DNA from: Candidatus Latescibacterota bacterium
GTDB lineage: Bacteria; Latescibacterota; UBA2968
Direction: 5' to 3'
Length of the DNA: 64,000 nt
Assembly (NCBI GenBank): GCA_965198115.1
Contig: OZ240241.1
Coordinates: 7,264,001-7,328,000 of the forward strand
Shown: positions 1 through 10,747 of the stretch, piece after piece
Numbering within the stretch: the stretch's first letter is position 1
Layout: the number at the start of each line of letters is the position of its first letter
The notes under the pieces: generated by a model
Database searches by the model: none
What the model saw: the letters and a program-made list of their open reading frames with translations, nothing else
Told to the model about the DNA's origin: nothing
Program-made: the position numbers and the translations under genes

Positions 1-93
1 CGTCAAACAGAACCTGCAGCTCGAACCTGCGTAAGCTAATCACGGCAGACGTGAGCGGTTGATGTTGGGCCGTCTTTCACCCATATTGTTGCC

Positions 94-555
94 ATGGCAA
101 CAAAAGAGGGCCCTGGTTTCACCGTCGATGACGCGTTTGCGTATCTCATCCTCCGGACGCACCGGCTTCTGCGATGGCACTTTCACCGGCGGGCGGCGAA
201 AGCGGACCTCGATCTGACGCAGGAGCAGTTCGTGATGCTGAACAAACTCGCCCATCGCGACGGATGTACCCAGGGGGAACTCGTAAGCGCGACGTTCAAC
301 GATCGGGCGAACGTGTCACGCATCGTGTCGGGACTCAAGCGCAAGGGCTACCTGACCCGGCGAGACGATCCTGAAGACGGCCGGGTCGTGCGCGTCTTCA
401 TCACACACAAAGGCACGACCGTGATGCGAGAGATCGGGAAGCGGGTCCCAGCTACCAGAAAGAAGGTTTACAACGGGCTGTCTGATGAGGATTTCCAAGC
501 CCTGAAACGGATCTGTGAAAAGATCGAATCGAACATTCTATCAGAAGCTGTATAA
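94..555 (+). CDS. MarR family transcriptional regulator
   Basis: 153 aa; LTQEQF..L..L, winged-HTH DRANVSRIVSGLKRKGYL, DPEDGRVVRVFIT wing motif. Confidence 0.9.
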   Translation: MATKEGPGFTVDDAFAYLILRTHRLLRWHFHRRAAKADLDLTQEQFVMLNKLAHRDGCTQGELVSATFNDRANVSRIVSGLKRKGYLTRRDDPEDGRVVRVFITHKGTTVMREIGKRVPATRKKVYNGLSDEDFQALKRICEKIESNILSEAV

Positions 556-571
556 GCAGACCCTTAACCGT

Positions 572-591
572 TTAGTTGCGTAGGCAACTAA
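572..591. promoter_or_regulatory. Palindromic operator, MarR-box-like
   Basis: Perfect 8-4-8 palindrome TTAGTTGC-gtag-GCAACTAA between marR and the protease gene. Confidence 0.6.
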
Positions 592-675
592 CTGACCTGG
601 ACGACGAAGTCGAACCCTGTCGATCCAAGGATGACTTCGGATAAGGCCGTGGGTCGGAGCCGGAGTAAGCATCTG

Positions 676-1923
676 ATGAAGATCAGAAACTGGACAATAC
701 TGTTGGTACCTCTCTGCGCGTGCGGAAGCACCGTCGAGGTGCGAGTCACGGATTCCCCGCGTTCAATCTCGAGTCGCAAATACGGGACACTGAGGAAGGC
801 GGTGGCCAACGGTGCCATCGAACAGGCGAAGGGTCTGGCCACGACGGATGAGGAGCGAACCCTCGTGGCAGCGTTCGATTCGGCAATGAGAGGAAACTGG
901 TCTCGAGCCGAAGCGCACGTCCAGTCTCTGTCGACGGTGGATGTCGACGCGAAGACTCTACTTGCCCTCGCTTACAAGCATTCGAGTCGATGGGACGCTC
1001 TGGTCGATCTTCTGGAGGGCGACCCGTCGGTGCTGGGATCATCCCGGTCGGCGAACCTTGCGCTGGCCGGAGGATTCCGTGAGGCGGAACCCGAATCGAT
1101 CGCGATTCCGGAAGATCCTGTTGTTGTTCCGATGGGCCGGATGTGGACGGGTCAGGCCGAGGTTGACGTCACCATTGCGGGGCGTTCCTACGCCTTTGTG
1201 ATCGATACGGGGGCGGATCTGACCGTCCTGTCATCGGATGTCGCGGAGGCGTGCGAAGTTTTCGCGATCGGGGACTGGGTCGGATCGGCAGAGACCTCGA
1301 CGAGCCAGACGGTGCAGATCCGGCCAGCCATCCTACCGGAGCTGAACATAGGTGCTCTGGTGGTGAAGAATCATCCCGTGGCGATCGTAGACCGTGAGGT
1401 TCTGACGTTCCGCCTTGCGGGGATTCCGTTGGCCGAAGTGCGAGGTATCTTGGGCTGGTCGTTGATCAGACGGCTCAGCGTCGAGATCGACTATGTGCAG
1501 AATCGCGTCGTCTTTGCGCGTAGTACCGGACGAAACGATGCGAGTCGCAATCTGTTTTGGCTGGGTTATCCGATGGTGCGTCTTCGAGGTCCGACCGGGG
1601 AGTCGCTCGTTTTCGGGCTGGATACGGGCGCACAGAAAACGACGCTCAAGCGACACGCGTTCGAGAAGATGAAGCTGCTATACCGAGTGAAGGAAGGCGT
1701 TTCCATCGGCGCAGGAGGCGGAGAGTCCGTCATTCAGCGGGAAGTTGCAAATCTATTGCTCCAGCTGGGTGATTACGATCTTTACTTCAAGGACATTCGC
1801 TCGAAGTCAGGCGTCAAGGCTGCGCAGATCGTTGAACCCGATGGCCGTCTGGGCATCGATATCGCCCGATCAGGAGGACTGAAGATCGACTATCCAGCCG
1901 GTCGGATCGATCTTATGTTTTGA
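676..1923 (+). CDS. Lipoprotein aspartyl protease with two retropepsin-like domains
   Basis: Two DTGA motifs (FVIDTGA, FGLDTGA), GILG and GRLG closing motifs, lipobox-like LCAC after a hydrophobic N-terminus; ATG 676 preferred to ORF start 631. Confidence 0.8.
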   Translation: MKIRNWTILLVPLCACGSTVEVRVTDSPRSISSRKYGTLRKAVANGAIEQAKGLATTDEERTLVAAFDSAMRGNWSRAEAHVQSLSTVDVDAKTLLALAYKHSSRWDALVDLLEGDPSVLGSSRSANLALAGGFREAEPESIAIPEDPVVVPMGRMWTGQAEVDVTIAGRSYAFVIDTGADLTVLSSDVAEACEVFAIGDWVGSAETSTSQTVQIRPAILPELNIGALVVKNHPVAIVDREVLTFRLAGIPLAEVRGILGWSLIRRLSVEIDYVQNRVVFARSTGRNDASRNLFWLGYPMVRLRGPTGESLVFGLDTGAQKTTLKRHAFEKMKLLYRVKEGVSIGAGGGESVIQREVANLLLQLGDYDLYFKDIRSKSGVKAAQIVEPDGRLGIDIARSGGLKIDYPAGRIDLMF

Positions 1924-1940
1924 GCGAGCCGTGAAACCCG

Positions 1941-3508
1941 ATGAAGGCCCTTATCGTCCCCAATACGATGGTTTCGACTACTTTGACCAGGAAACGACCC
2001 ATTCTGTCGGCGCGAATGCGACGACACTTGGACGATCTGGGATTCGAGTCCCCCATCCGATATCGCCTCTGGTGTCACCGCCAGGGGCTCGATTCGGGGC
2101 TCGACAAGGGCGACGATCAACTCGCGGACGAGATCGATCGAATTACGGCCCTTGGGCTCAACGATCCCTGCATCGTTTCTACCCATACACCTCATCGCGC
2201 GAGGCTGATCACCCAGATCTACAACGGTGACCTGGATGGTGTGCCGCTCACGGACCGTCTGACGCGCGTCAGAAACCAGTTCCATCTGCTCAGCGACAAC
2301 TCAGATGACGCAAAGGCTTTTCACGAACTGGTTCTCAACCTCGAAAAATACAGCAGGCTGTTGACTGGACGGTTTGGGTTCCCTGGCGTCGGGGACGGGG
2401 AACACAACACGATAATCGGGGGACTGGGTCAGCTGGCCAGAAGTCATCGTGGCTGGATACGGCCGACGAGGCGTGGCGACCCACCAGCCAGAGCGTGCAG
2501 GGACAGTTCGGGGAACTCGCGAGATATCTGGTTGCAAAATATCACGTTGCGTCCTGTTTCGATTCAGTCTGGTTCAATGGCGGCGGAGATGACGTTCGGC
2601 GACAGCAGGCGTGGTACAGACACGTCGGTGGTGGTGGGAATCTGAGGACGGCACCCGACTTGCCGTGTAAAGTTTCCAAGAGGATGGCCCACATTCTCAG
2701 TCAAACCAACCGCCGGCGCCGTTTACTGCAGAGCATGCGATGGTGCCAGGCCGAGGCTCTGGGGGCCGAGTGGCGTTTAGCAGGATCGATCGCACGGTCG
2801 CAGATCGGTGATTCGTTCGAGAACGAGGATTTCTGGGTTACGGTCGTTCATTACTTCGTGAACAATCCGTTTCTGGAGAGGACCTATGTCGATCCCGTGA
2901 TCGACTACATCCAGGCGCACAAGTTTTCGCCGACGCGGATCCCGCAGCCGGATGGGTCTACGGTTCTGGGGCCCCCGCTCCACCCCAATTTTTCGGTGAA
3001 GGGCCGGAGCGCAGGGAAGCTGCTGGCACTCGTGGACGATTGGCACGAGGATCTCGCCGACTTCGAAGAAGTGGTCGGGGAGTCGTGGGATCCGTCGGGC
3101 ATCGGCACGTTCGAGTTGGAAGAAGTGGATGAGTCGACGGATGAGCGCCTTCGGTGGCGTGTGGTGGAACTGGGTTCGAGCCGTCTCCTCAGACACGAAG
3201 GCAAAGTGATGCACCACTGTGTGGGATCCTACGCGCGTCGATGCGTGACTGGTGAGAAGTCGATCTGGTCGCTTCGCGCCAGCGTGGACGATGACGACGC
3301 AGAGAAGCACATTTTGACGATCGCTGTCGACAACAAGAGGAAGCTCGTCACACAAGCGCGTGGGAAATACAACATGCAGCCTTTTGACAAGGCTCGGACG
3401 CGTCAGAATCAGCAGGACGCGGATCGACCCTATGTCCGATTGCTTCGCGAGTCAGCGCGTGTCCTGCGGATGTGGATGGACCGGGAGGGGCTGCGGCGCG
3501 GGAAATAG
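1941..3508 (+). pseudogene. PcfJ-domain protein, split by a frameshift near 2465
   Basis: ORFs 1941-2645 and 2495-3508 join as ..WIRP/EAWRPTSQSVQGQFGELARYL..; C-terminal L..EGKVMHHCVGSY and Q.RGKYN PcfJ motifs. Confidence 0.7.
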
Positions 3509-3653
3509 CCGGAGGACGGTTAGGGCATTGACCATTGACCGGTAACCATTGACAAAAGCAACGGCCGTGACAGAAGTGCGTGTCACGGCCGTTTTGGTAT
3601 GCCAACGAGCCGGCCGGTTTTCTCGTTGCTGATGGTCGAGTGGGCCCGCATCA

Positions 3654-4685
3654 TTGTGCCGGGAGGGTCTGGAATTGAGATTCTGCTTCGCCGGTTTCGG
3701 TCACGTTCACATTTACAGTCTTGTCGAAGAGGTTCAAGCACGTGACGACCTGACGCTCGTCGCAGCGTGTGAAGGCGACCCTGAACTGGCTGAGTGGGCG
3801 CGATCAAAGAACGTGATGATCAGTCACACGACGTTGACCGACGCGCTGGATGACGTTGTGTGTGACGTCGTGGCGATCGGCGCCCCGTTCGGGGTTCGGG
3901 GAAAGCTGGCCCTCGAAGCGCTTCGGGCGGGGAAGCATGTGATTGCGGACAAGCCGCTCTGCACGTCGCTCGAAGAGTTGTTCGAGATCGAGACACTCGT
4001 GCACGACCAGAATTTGCGTGTCGATTGCATGCTGACGATGCGCGATAGCCTGGAAATGGTGAGTCTGCGCGCCCATCTGTCCCGGGGTCGTATCGGAGAA
4101 GTCCAGGCGATTCAGTTTGGCGGGCAGCATCCGCTGAATGCCGACACCCGACCCCCGTGGTATTTCGAGCCCGGTATGCACGGCGGCACGATCACAGATA
4201 TTTTCGTCCACGCCGCCGATGCGTTGCCGTGGGTCACAGGGCTCGACTGGGCTTCCTGTCTGTCAGCCCGATGCTGGAACGCAACGTGTCCCGAGACACC
4301 CCACTTTGAAGACGGTGCGCAGGTGATGCTGACCATGTCGAACGGTTGCGGAGTGATGGGGGATGTGTCCTATTTCATGCCATCGAAGGGTGGCTACTCG
4401 CTGCCCTACTACTGGCGGATGACGCTTTTCGGTCAAAATGGCATCGCGGAGGTGTCGGATGGGAGTCGATCGTTGACTGTGACGCACGAAGGTCGAGTCG
4501 TTCCACTGGAACCGGAAACGGGGAAAAGTGGGGGCTATCTGGACGGGTTCTTGAAGGATATCGGGAATGACTCGGTTGACGGCGATCTTACGACGGCTGG
4601 CGTGTTGCGTGCGATGCGTGTCGCCCTTTCGGTCCAGCAGGCGGCGGATACGGAACAACGTGACGTCTCTCTGGCGGCGAGCTGA
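3654..4685 (+). CDS. Gfo/Idh/MocA family oxidoreductase
   Basis: N-terminal Rossmann-like GFGH, AGKHVIADKP, GGTITDIFVH motifs; exact start uncertain. Confidence 0.85.
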   Translation: MCREGLELRFCFAGFGHVHIYSLVEEVQARDDLTLVAACEGDPELAEWARSKNVMISHTTLTDALDDVVCDVVAIGAPFGVRGKLALEALRAGKHVIADKPLCTSLEELFEIETLVHDQNLRVDCMLTMRDSLEMVSLRAHLSRGRIGEVQAIQFGGQHPLNADTRPPWYFEPGMHGGTITDIFVHAADALPWVTGLDWASCLSARCWNATCPETPHFEDGAQVMLTMSNGCGVMGDVSYFMPSKGGYSLPYYWRMTLFGQNGIAEVSDGSRSLTVTHEGRVVPLEPETGKSGGYLDGFLKDIGNDSVDGDLTTAGVLRAMRVALSVQQAADTEQRDVSLAAS

Positions 4686-4693
4686 GGGCGGCG

Positions 4694-5992
4694 TTGCGTA
4701 GCCTGGAAATCCTGCTGTTGATCGGGAATCTGCCGATCGCCCTGCGCTTCTTGTTCTATCGCCGGTCGTGGCCTTTCTGGTTCGATGCGGTGCCGCTGGT
4801 GACTTTTCTCGTTCTCCTGATCCACGCGAGTTCAGAGGGCGTTCGCTGGGCGATGTCTCCCGCTTACATCACGACGCTCCTTCTCTTTCTTTCCAGCATG
4901 TTGCCGATGGTTCGATCAGCACCCCTGCCGGAATCCGTTCGGTCGGTTCTGGGAGCGGGGAGCTGCGTCTGTCTGGCGATTTCGTTCGTTCTGTCGACGG
5001 CATTTCCTGTTTTTGCGGTTCCCTCGCCGGCCGGTGACTTTCGTGTGGGTGTGACGACTCATCTCTTGCCGGGCGACTCGGGGCGCAAGATTCTCATCCG
5101 CATCTGGTATCCGACCGACGAGTCCGGATCGTCTTCCTACCTGTCGGGCGCGATCGGCACTTCCTCTCGGGTCGTTGCCGGGCAATTGGGTGTGCCCGCC
5201 TTCCTCGTGCGTCACTTTGATCTGGTTCGTACGGCCAGCCGTGTCGATGCGGATCTTTCCGCGGTTCTTCCCCGGTATCCTGTTGTCCTCCACTCGCACG
5301 ATGTGGCTCTGGGTTTTCCGGAGATGCACACGGCCCTCCTGCAGGACTTGGCGAGCCGGGGGTATCTGGTTGTCGGTGTCAATCACACGGGTATCGACAC
5401 GGTCTTGAATGACGGTCTGATGTTGTCGAAGAACGAGTCGGCTCAGATGGTGGCGGATGCGGAACGGGTGCTCGATTGGCTGGAAGACCTGGCTCCGACG
5501 GATGCACAAGGCTGGCTGGCGGATCGAGTCGACCTGGGTCGTGTGGCCTACGTGGGACACGGCGCAGGGGGTGAGGCTGTCTACAGGGCGTGCGGCCAAA
5601 GCGTCAGTTTCAACGCGGGCGTGAGCATCGGGGCGAACCTGGTCGGACGTTCGCCCCTACCCAACAGACCGTTTTTATTTGTCGACCCTTCTGAGAAAGA
5701 TTCGTCCAACGAAAACGATCCGTTCGCCGGGATGGTAGAGGCTGCCTTTGTCCTGCGGGTGGCGGACTCGGGGGCCTACATTTTTACGGATATCCCGTTC
5801 TGGTCACCGCTGATTCCGACGCGGATCGACGTGGGACCGATCGAGCCGGAGAGGGCGCACTCGATTCTGTCTACCTACGTCCACGCATTTCTGAACGTAT
5901 CTCTCAACATGGGTGTCAACGAACCCTTGCTGGAAAGGCCGTCGTCCGAGTTTCCGGAAGTTTCGATTGTTGTACACGACGTGGAGGAGTAG
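4694..5992 (+). CDS. Membrane-anchored alpha/beta hydrolase-fold protein (PAF-acetylhydrolase-like), probably catalytically dead
   Basis: N-terminal TM helices, P.P.G.F.VG, IWYP, LASRGYLVVG.NH; nucleophile elbow reads GHGAGG. Confidence 0.7.
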   Translation: MRSLEILLLIGNLPIALRFLFYRRSWPFWFDAVPLVTFLVLLIHASSEGVRWAMSPAYITTLLLFLSSMLPMVRSAPLPESVRSVLGAGSCVCLAISFVLSTAFPVFAVPSPAGDFRVGVTTHLLPGDSGRKILIRIWYPTDESGSSSYLSGAIGTSSRVVAGQLGVPAFLVRHFDLVRTASRVDADLSAVLPRYPVVLHSHDVALGFPEMHTALLQDLASRGYLVVGVNHTGIDTVLNDGLMLSKNESAQMVADAERVLDWLEDLAPTDAQGWLADRVDLGRVAYVGHGAGGEAVYRACGQSVSFNAGVSIGANLVGRSPLPNRPFLFVDPSEKDSSNENDPFAGMVEAAFVLRVADSGAYIFTDIPFWSPLIPTRIDVGPIEPERAHSILSTYVHAFLNVSLNMGVNEPLLERPSSEFPEVSIVVHDVEE

Positions 5993-6077
5993 GAAAGACG
6001 CGGCGATCTACGGAATCCGAGAGGCGATGTTTCGGAGATCCAATACGTCATCGATATCGATTCTGCACGGTTGAGTC

Positions 6078-7187
6078 TTAATGATGAAACACGAGCGGTC
6101 GGTGCTCGTGGACCTGGGTTTCCCGAGTCGTTTCGACGTCGTCGACGGATGCGTCACCGGGTCGAAGGACGATTTTACACGCTGTTCCTTCAGCGAGGTG
6201 ATCGAAGGCCTCGAGGACGTTGTCGAAATCGACTTCGTGCGACACAAGAGGTCTGAGGTCGACGACGCCGCTTTCCAAAAGCCAGCGGGTCTTGTACCAC
6301 GTATCCCAGATGCGTCTTCCGTTGATGGCGAAGACGGTGAGATTTTTGAAGATCATGTTCTCGCCGATGTCGACTTCGACGGGGTTTGACGGGATGCCGA
6401 ACAGCGTGATGCGACCGCCGTTTCGTACGGTCGCAAAAGCGCTTGTAATGGCGCTGGATGCTCCGCTCATCTCGAGGACGATGTCGACTGGGTAGCCTTC
6501 GTTGGCGTCGCGGATAGCAGTTACAACGTCCGTAGCCACAGGGTCGAAGGTTTGCGTTGCACCCATCGTGACGGCCAGTTCCCGTCGGTAGGGTGTCGGA
6601 TCGACGGCGAAGACGGCGCCTGCCCCCGATGCCCTTGCAATGCCGATGCTGAAAAGACCGATGGGGCCACAGCCGGAGACGGCTACCGTCTGTCCAGCCA
6701 GGTCGTGAGTGAGGGTCGCGAGAACAGCGTTGCCGAACGGTTCCTGGAGGGTGGCGATTTCGGGCGGGATCTTCGCTCGATCGTTTTGCCAGACGACGCT
6801 TTCGGGCACGACGACGTATTCGGCGAAGGCGCCGTCGCGATCGACGCCGAGGATCTGAGTCGACGGGCACATGTGGGCCTGTCCGGTTCGACATTGGTAG
6901 CAGTGACCACAGGTGACGTGACTTTCGGCGGAGACGAAGTCGCCGACGTGAGCCTGTTCGACCTGGGGACCGACTTGTGCGATCGTTCCAGCGAACTCGT
7001 GTCCGAGTGTGACGGGTGGATGGATCCTTTGCCGACTCCAGTCGTCCCATTTCCAGATGTGAAGATCGGTCCCACAGATACTGGCCGCCTCGACCTTGAC
7101 GAGCACTTCGTGGGGGCCAGGCTCGGGTATGGGCAGCGTGACGACTTCGAGACCCGCGGCTGCGGTGGTCTTTCGGAGGGCGTGCAT
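6078..7187 (-). CDS. tdh: L-threonine 3-dehydrogenase
   Basis: SICGTDLHIWKWDDWS, GHEF, structural Zn C..C..C..G..H.C, GVDRDGAFAEY, GRRIWDTWY. Confidence 0.92.
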   Translation of the reverse strand: MHALRKTTAAAGLEVVTLPIPEPGPHEVLVKVEAASICGTDLHIWKWDDWSRQRIHPPVTLGHEFAGTIAQVGPQVEQAHVGDFVSAESHVTCGHCYQCRTGQAHMCPSTQILGVDRDGAFAEYVVVPESVVWQNDRAKIPPEIATLQEPFGNAVLATLTHDLAGQTVAVSGCGPIGLFSIGIARASGAGAVFAVDPTPYRRELAVTMGATQTFDPVATDVVTAIRDANEGYPVDIVLEMSGASSAITSAFATVRNGGRITLFGIPSNPVEVDIGENMIFKNLTVFAINGRRIWDTWYKTRWLLESGVVDLRPLVSHEVDFDNVLEAFDHLAEGTACKIVLRPGDASVDDVETTRETQVHEHRPLVFHH

Positions 7188-7363
7188 CGTATCGGACACG
7201 GCGGTCTCCAAGCTTAGATGTGATTGAATATATATAGTATATTAAACGTTGAGGGAAAGGTCCAGTTTCCATTGTGGACGGGTCGCCCTTCGCAGTTGAC
7301 TCCACTCCTACGATGGGCTACTGTTTTGAAGTTTCTACTTAATTTTATTGAGATTACGTCGTT

Positions 7364-8269
7364 TTGAAGATGGAGTTGAGCGCTATTCCCCGAGCCGCCC
7401 TGGCTGCCTGTCTCCTCCTGTTTTCCTCGGCCCTGTTCGGCCAAACGAACGCGCGTCGCAGTGGCTTCTCGCTGCTGAACGAACCGGTTGGCGGGCGGGC
7501 CGCAGCAATGGGCGATGCGTTTTCGACGATCACTGGGGATCAGACCGCGCTCTACGCCAACCCGGCAGTGTCCGGCACGATGATGGGGAAGGATTTCGTT
7601 CTCTCCCATCACAGTTCGTTCGCCGACGTGCGACAATCCTACGCAGGTTGGGTCTACGGGAATGGCAAGCGCGGCATCGGTCTGAGCCTGGGGATTCATA
7701 CGGCGGGGAGTTTCGATGCGAGAACAGGACCGACCGCTCAGCCGATCGGTCGCTTCCATCTGTTCGAGTTGAACGCGGGCCTGTCTTACGGCCAGCGCAT
7801 TGCGGAAAGAGTTTATGTCGGATTCAGCGCCCACGCCCTTCACGAAGATCTGGCCTCGGCGCGGGCCTCCGGCTTCACGCTCGACCTCGGTTTTTTGTAT
7901 CGACCCGATGTCGAAGGTCTGACGCTGGGTGCCGCAGTCAGGCACCTCGGGCGGATGGAGGCGCTCGATAGAGAGCGGGTTTCGCTGCCTCGGGAAATCC
8001 GCGCGGGAGCGAGCCTGGCCCGGGCTCGTTTCGTCCTTTCGGCCGAGGGCCGACTTCAACGGTTCGGGAACAATGGATTCCACGTGGGCGGCGAGTTCCT
8101 GCCGGTTCCGGCCCTCGCACTGCGAAGCGGATACGTGTCGGGCTTCGATGCCCGTGATTGGACGTTCGGGTTCGGTTTGAGGCGCGGCCATTGGCGGTTT
8201 GATTACGCTGTTGTTCCATCGAGCCTCGACCTGGGTCACTCCCATCGCGTTTCAGTGGGTATTCGGTAG
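7364..8269 (+). CDS. PorV/PorQ-like outer-membrane beta-barrel protein
   Basis: Signal peptide, GGRAAAMGDAF, NPA, DLG..Y, LRSGY, FDYA, LGHSHRVSV terminal strand. Confidence 0.75.
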   Translation: MKMELSAIPRAALAACLLLFSSALFGQTNARRSGFSLLNEPVGGRAAAMGDAFSTITGDQTALYANPAVSGTMMGKDFVLSHHSSFADVRQSYAGWVYGNGKRGIGLSLGIHTAGSFDARTGPTAQPIGRFHLFELNAGLSYGQRIAERVYVGFSAHALHEDLASARASGFTLDLGFLYRPDVEGLTLGAAVRHLGRMEALDRERVSLPREIRAGASLARARFVLSAEGRLQRFGNNGFHVGGEFLPVPALALRSGYVSGFDARDWTFGFGLRRGHWRFDYAVVPSSLDLGHSHRVSVGIR

Positions 8270-8270
8270 C

Positions 8271-9293
8271 GTGACGGATCGACCCGACCCGGAAGTGACC
8301 CGGATCGGCACACCGGATGGTGATTACTTCGAGCGCAGGATCGATCCGCTGCCCCGGGTGGCTCCGTCGGGTTTGCAGATCGCGCTGTTCCTGCTGACGG
8401 TGTTGACGACGACCATGGCCGGTGCCCAGGTATCCCCCGAGTTTCAGTCGATCCCATCGGAAGAACTGAGCTGGGAGACTCTGTTCAGGCCCGACGTCCT
8501 GGTTCACGGTCTTCCGTTTTCCTTCTCCCTGATCGCGATTCTGGGTATCCACGAGATGGGTCACTTCGTGGCCTCTAGGGCGTGGCGGGTGCGGGCGACA
8601 CTGCCGTATTTCATTCCGTTTCCGATGTCGATCATCGGAACGCTGGGTGCCGTCATGCGCATCCGGTCGCGTATCCCGAATCGTCGAGCTCTGATCGACA
8701 TCGGTGCCGCCGGTCCGGTCGCGGGTTTCGTCGTTGCTGTAGGGGCGCTGGTCTACGGATTGGCCCACGCCCAGGTCGTGTCCGTCGCCGATTTCGCGGG
8801 TCAGGGCGCGATGGTTTTCGGCGACTCGCTGCTGACTGCCTGGCTCCAGAGTTGGATCGTCGGCCCCCTCCCTCCCGGGCACGATGTGATGCTGCATCCT
8901 GTAGGTTTCGCCGGGTGGCTGGGGCTGTTCGTGACGGTGTTGAATCTGCTGCCCGTCGGACAGTTCGACGGAGGGCACATCGTTTACGCGGTTTTGGGAC
9001 GACATCATTATGTCGTGTCGCGTGCGACGGTGATCGGACTGATTGTTTTCTGGGCTGCGGGTCCCGGATACGCGTGGACGGGTTCCGATGTCCCGTGGTC
9101 TGACTGGATCACATCACGATGGCCCGGCTGGTTGGTATGGGCTGCCCTGGCTCTCTTCCTCGGAAGTCGTCATCCCCCGCCGGTCGATCCCCACACGACC
9201 CTCGATGCGTCCCGGAAGTTGCTGGGTGTGGTGTCACTGATCATTTTCATCCTTTGTTTCATTCCCCGACCGATCAGTTTTCTCGAGCCCTGA
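8271..9293 (+). CDS. Site-2 protease (peptidase M50)
   Basis: HEMGH, AGP, NLLPVGQFDGG motifs; multiple TM segments; GTG start just after the upstream stop. Confidence 0.9.
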   Translation: MTDRPDPEVTRIGTPDGDYFERRIDPLPRVAPSGLQIALFLLTVLTTTMAGAQVSPEFQSIPSEELSWETLFRPDVLVHGLPFSFSLIAILGIHEMGHFVASRAWRVRATLPYFIPFPMSIIGTLGAVMRIRSRIPNRRALIDIGAAGPVAGFVVAVGALVYGLAHAQVVSVADFAGQGAMVFGDSLLTAWLQSWIVGPLPPGHDVMLHPVGFAGWLGLFVTVLNLLPVGQFDGGHIVYAVLGRHHYVVSRATVIGLIVFWAAGPGYAWTGSDVPWSDWITSRWPGWLVWAALALFLGSRHPPPVDPHTTLDASRKLLGVVSLIIFILCFIPRPISFLEP

Positions 9294-9334
9294 CGGGTTC
9301 TCTCTTCTTCTCTTTCCCCGTTTCGGAGTGAGCG

Positions 9335-10570
9335 ATGGCCCGACGACGCAGTCGTTCCGAACGGTCCAGTGCCATCTACAAGGGCAGACGCGGACGCGTA
9401 CGGCGCCGAATGGCGAGAAGCCGCGGGGTCCCCGTTCTGCGCGTGTCGGCGGGTCTGATCGTGGCCGCCGGTCTGATGATGGTGTGGCTGTGGCGTGCTC
9501 CTCGACCATATCGTACACCCGATCCGGGACCCCCGCAGGCGACCACGCTGGCGAATACGTGGCGGGCCGGGCCGGGTGAGGTCGTCGCGTTCGCCGACAC
9601 GATGGCGCGTCAGTCGGTGGAGACGCTGGCCGGTCTCGGTGTGCCACGGGACGCGATCGAGGTGAAGCAGCTGCAGCCGGCGCGGGGCAGCACGATGCGT
9701 TGGGAGGTGACATCGCGTGTGCCGGAGGACCTGCCGCTGGCGCTGTGCAACCTCTGGCTATCACGCACGGCCCGGCGTCTGGGCGGTGAGGTACTCGACG
9801 GTCGCGAGGACCTCCACGGAAGCCGCCTGTCGATGCTGGTCGGTTTGGAGGGCGATCGCACGACCCTCGTGACGCTGCGGCGGTCGCCGGCGATTCAGCG
9901 GACCGCAGGTCGCATCGCTCTGGTCATCGACGACTGCGGCTACCAGAGTCGCTCGCTGATCGGATCGTTTTGCGAAATTCCGTTTACCCTGACGTTCTCG
10001 ATTTTTCCGGATGAGCGCGAGACGGCCTGGACGGCCGAAAGAGTGACGCGATCGGGTCACGGGGTGATGGTACACCTGCCCATGGAACCGAACGACTATC
10101 CCCGAAGGGATCCTGGACAGGGCGCGATTTTCGTGGAGTATCCCTACGATCGAATCAGGCAGATCACAAAGCACGCTATGACGACCGTGCCGCACGCCAG
10201 AGGAGTGAACAACCACATGGGTTCACGGGTGACGGAGGACAGGCGTGTCATCGGTTACGTGCTTGAGGAGGTGGAGCGTCAGGGCTTCTATTTTGTGGAC
10301 AGTGTGACGAGCCCGACGTCGGTTGCCTACGATGTGTCGGTGGCCATGGGCATTCCGAGTGCGCGGAACGCGACGTTCGTCGACTTTGAGTTCGAACCGG
10401 ATGCGATCGAGACGCGGCTCAGACAGTTGGCGATGCGAGCACGACAGACGGGTACGGCGATCGGGATTGCCCACGCGCGATCGGAAACGCAGGAAGTACT
10501 GGCCAGGGTCCTGCCCGAGTTAGCGGCGGAAGGATTCGAGTTCGTGACGGCGGCTGAAGCGGTTCGATGA
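9335..10570 (+). CDS. Divergent polysaccharide deacetylase (YibQ-like)
   Basis: IALVIDDCG, HLPMEP, GVNNHMGS, FVDS.T, AIGIAH motifs; N-terminal TM anchor. Confidence 0.88.
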   Translation: MARRRSRSERSSAIYKGRRGRVRRRMARSRGVPVLRVSAGLIVAAGLMMVWLWRAPRPYRTPDPGPPQATTLANTWRAGPGEVVAFADTMARQSVETLAGLGVPRDAIEVKQLQPARGSTMRWEVTSRVPEDLPLALCNLWLSRTARRLGGEVLDGREDLHGSRLSMLVGLEGDRTTLVTLRRSPAIQRTAGRIALVIDDCGYQSRSLIGSFCEIPFTLTFSIFPDERETAWTAERVTRSGHGVMVHLPMEPNDYPRRDPGQGAIFVEYPYDRIRQITKHAMTTVPHARGVNNHMGSRVTEDRRVIGYVLEEVERQGFYFVDSVTSPTSVAYDVSVAMGIPSARNATFVDFEFEPDAIETRLRQLAMRARQTGTAIGIAHARSETQEVLARVLPELAAEGFEFVTAAEAVR

Positions 10571-10747
10571 TGACAGCCGCGAAACGCTCGATATGCGTTT
10601 GGGCGGATGGACCTGTGATCGTGACCAGTGACAATTGACCAAACGGGGGAATAGTAGATCCCCGACCTGAGCGAATTCGAAATGGATCGGATTCGTCGTT
10701 CTGTTTATATTCTCGCCCGATCCGTAGCGGATCGGGCACAACTGTTT

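Noticed and set aside
6190-9008. Long alternative-frame ORFs over tdh, the PorV-like gene and the S2P gene
   Set aside because: Arg/Pro-rich shadow ORFs typical of high-GC DNA, overlapping well-supported genes
10571-10747. preQ1 riboswitch upstream of tgt
   Set aside because: No recognisable preQ1 consensus; only a 10-bp hairpin at 10715-10737
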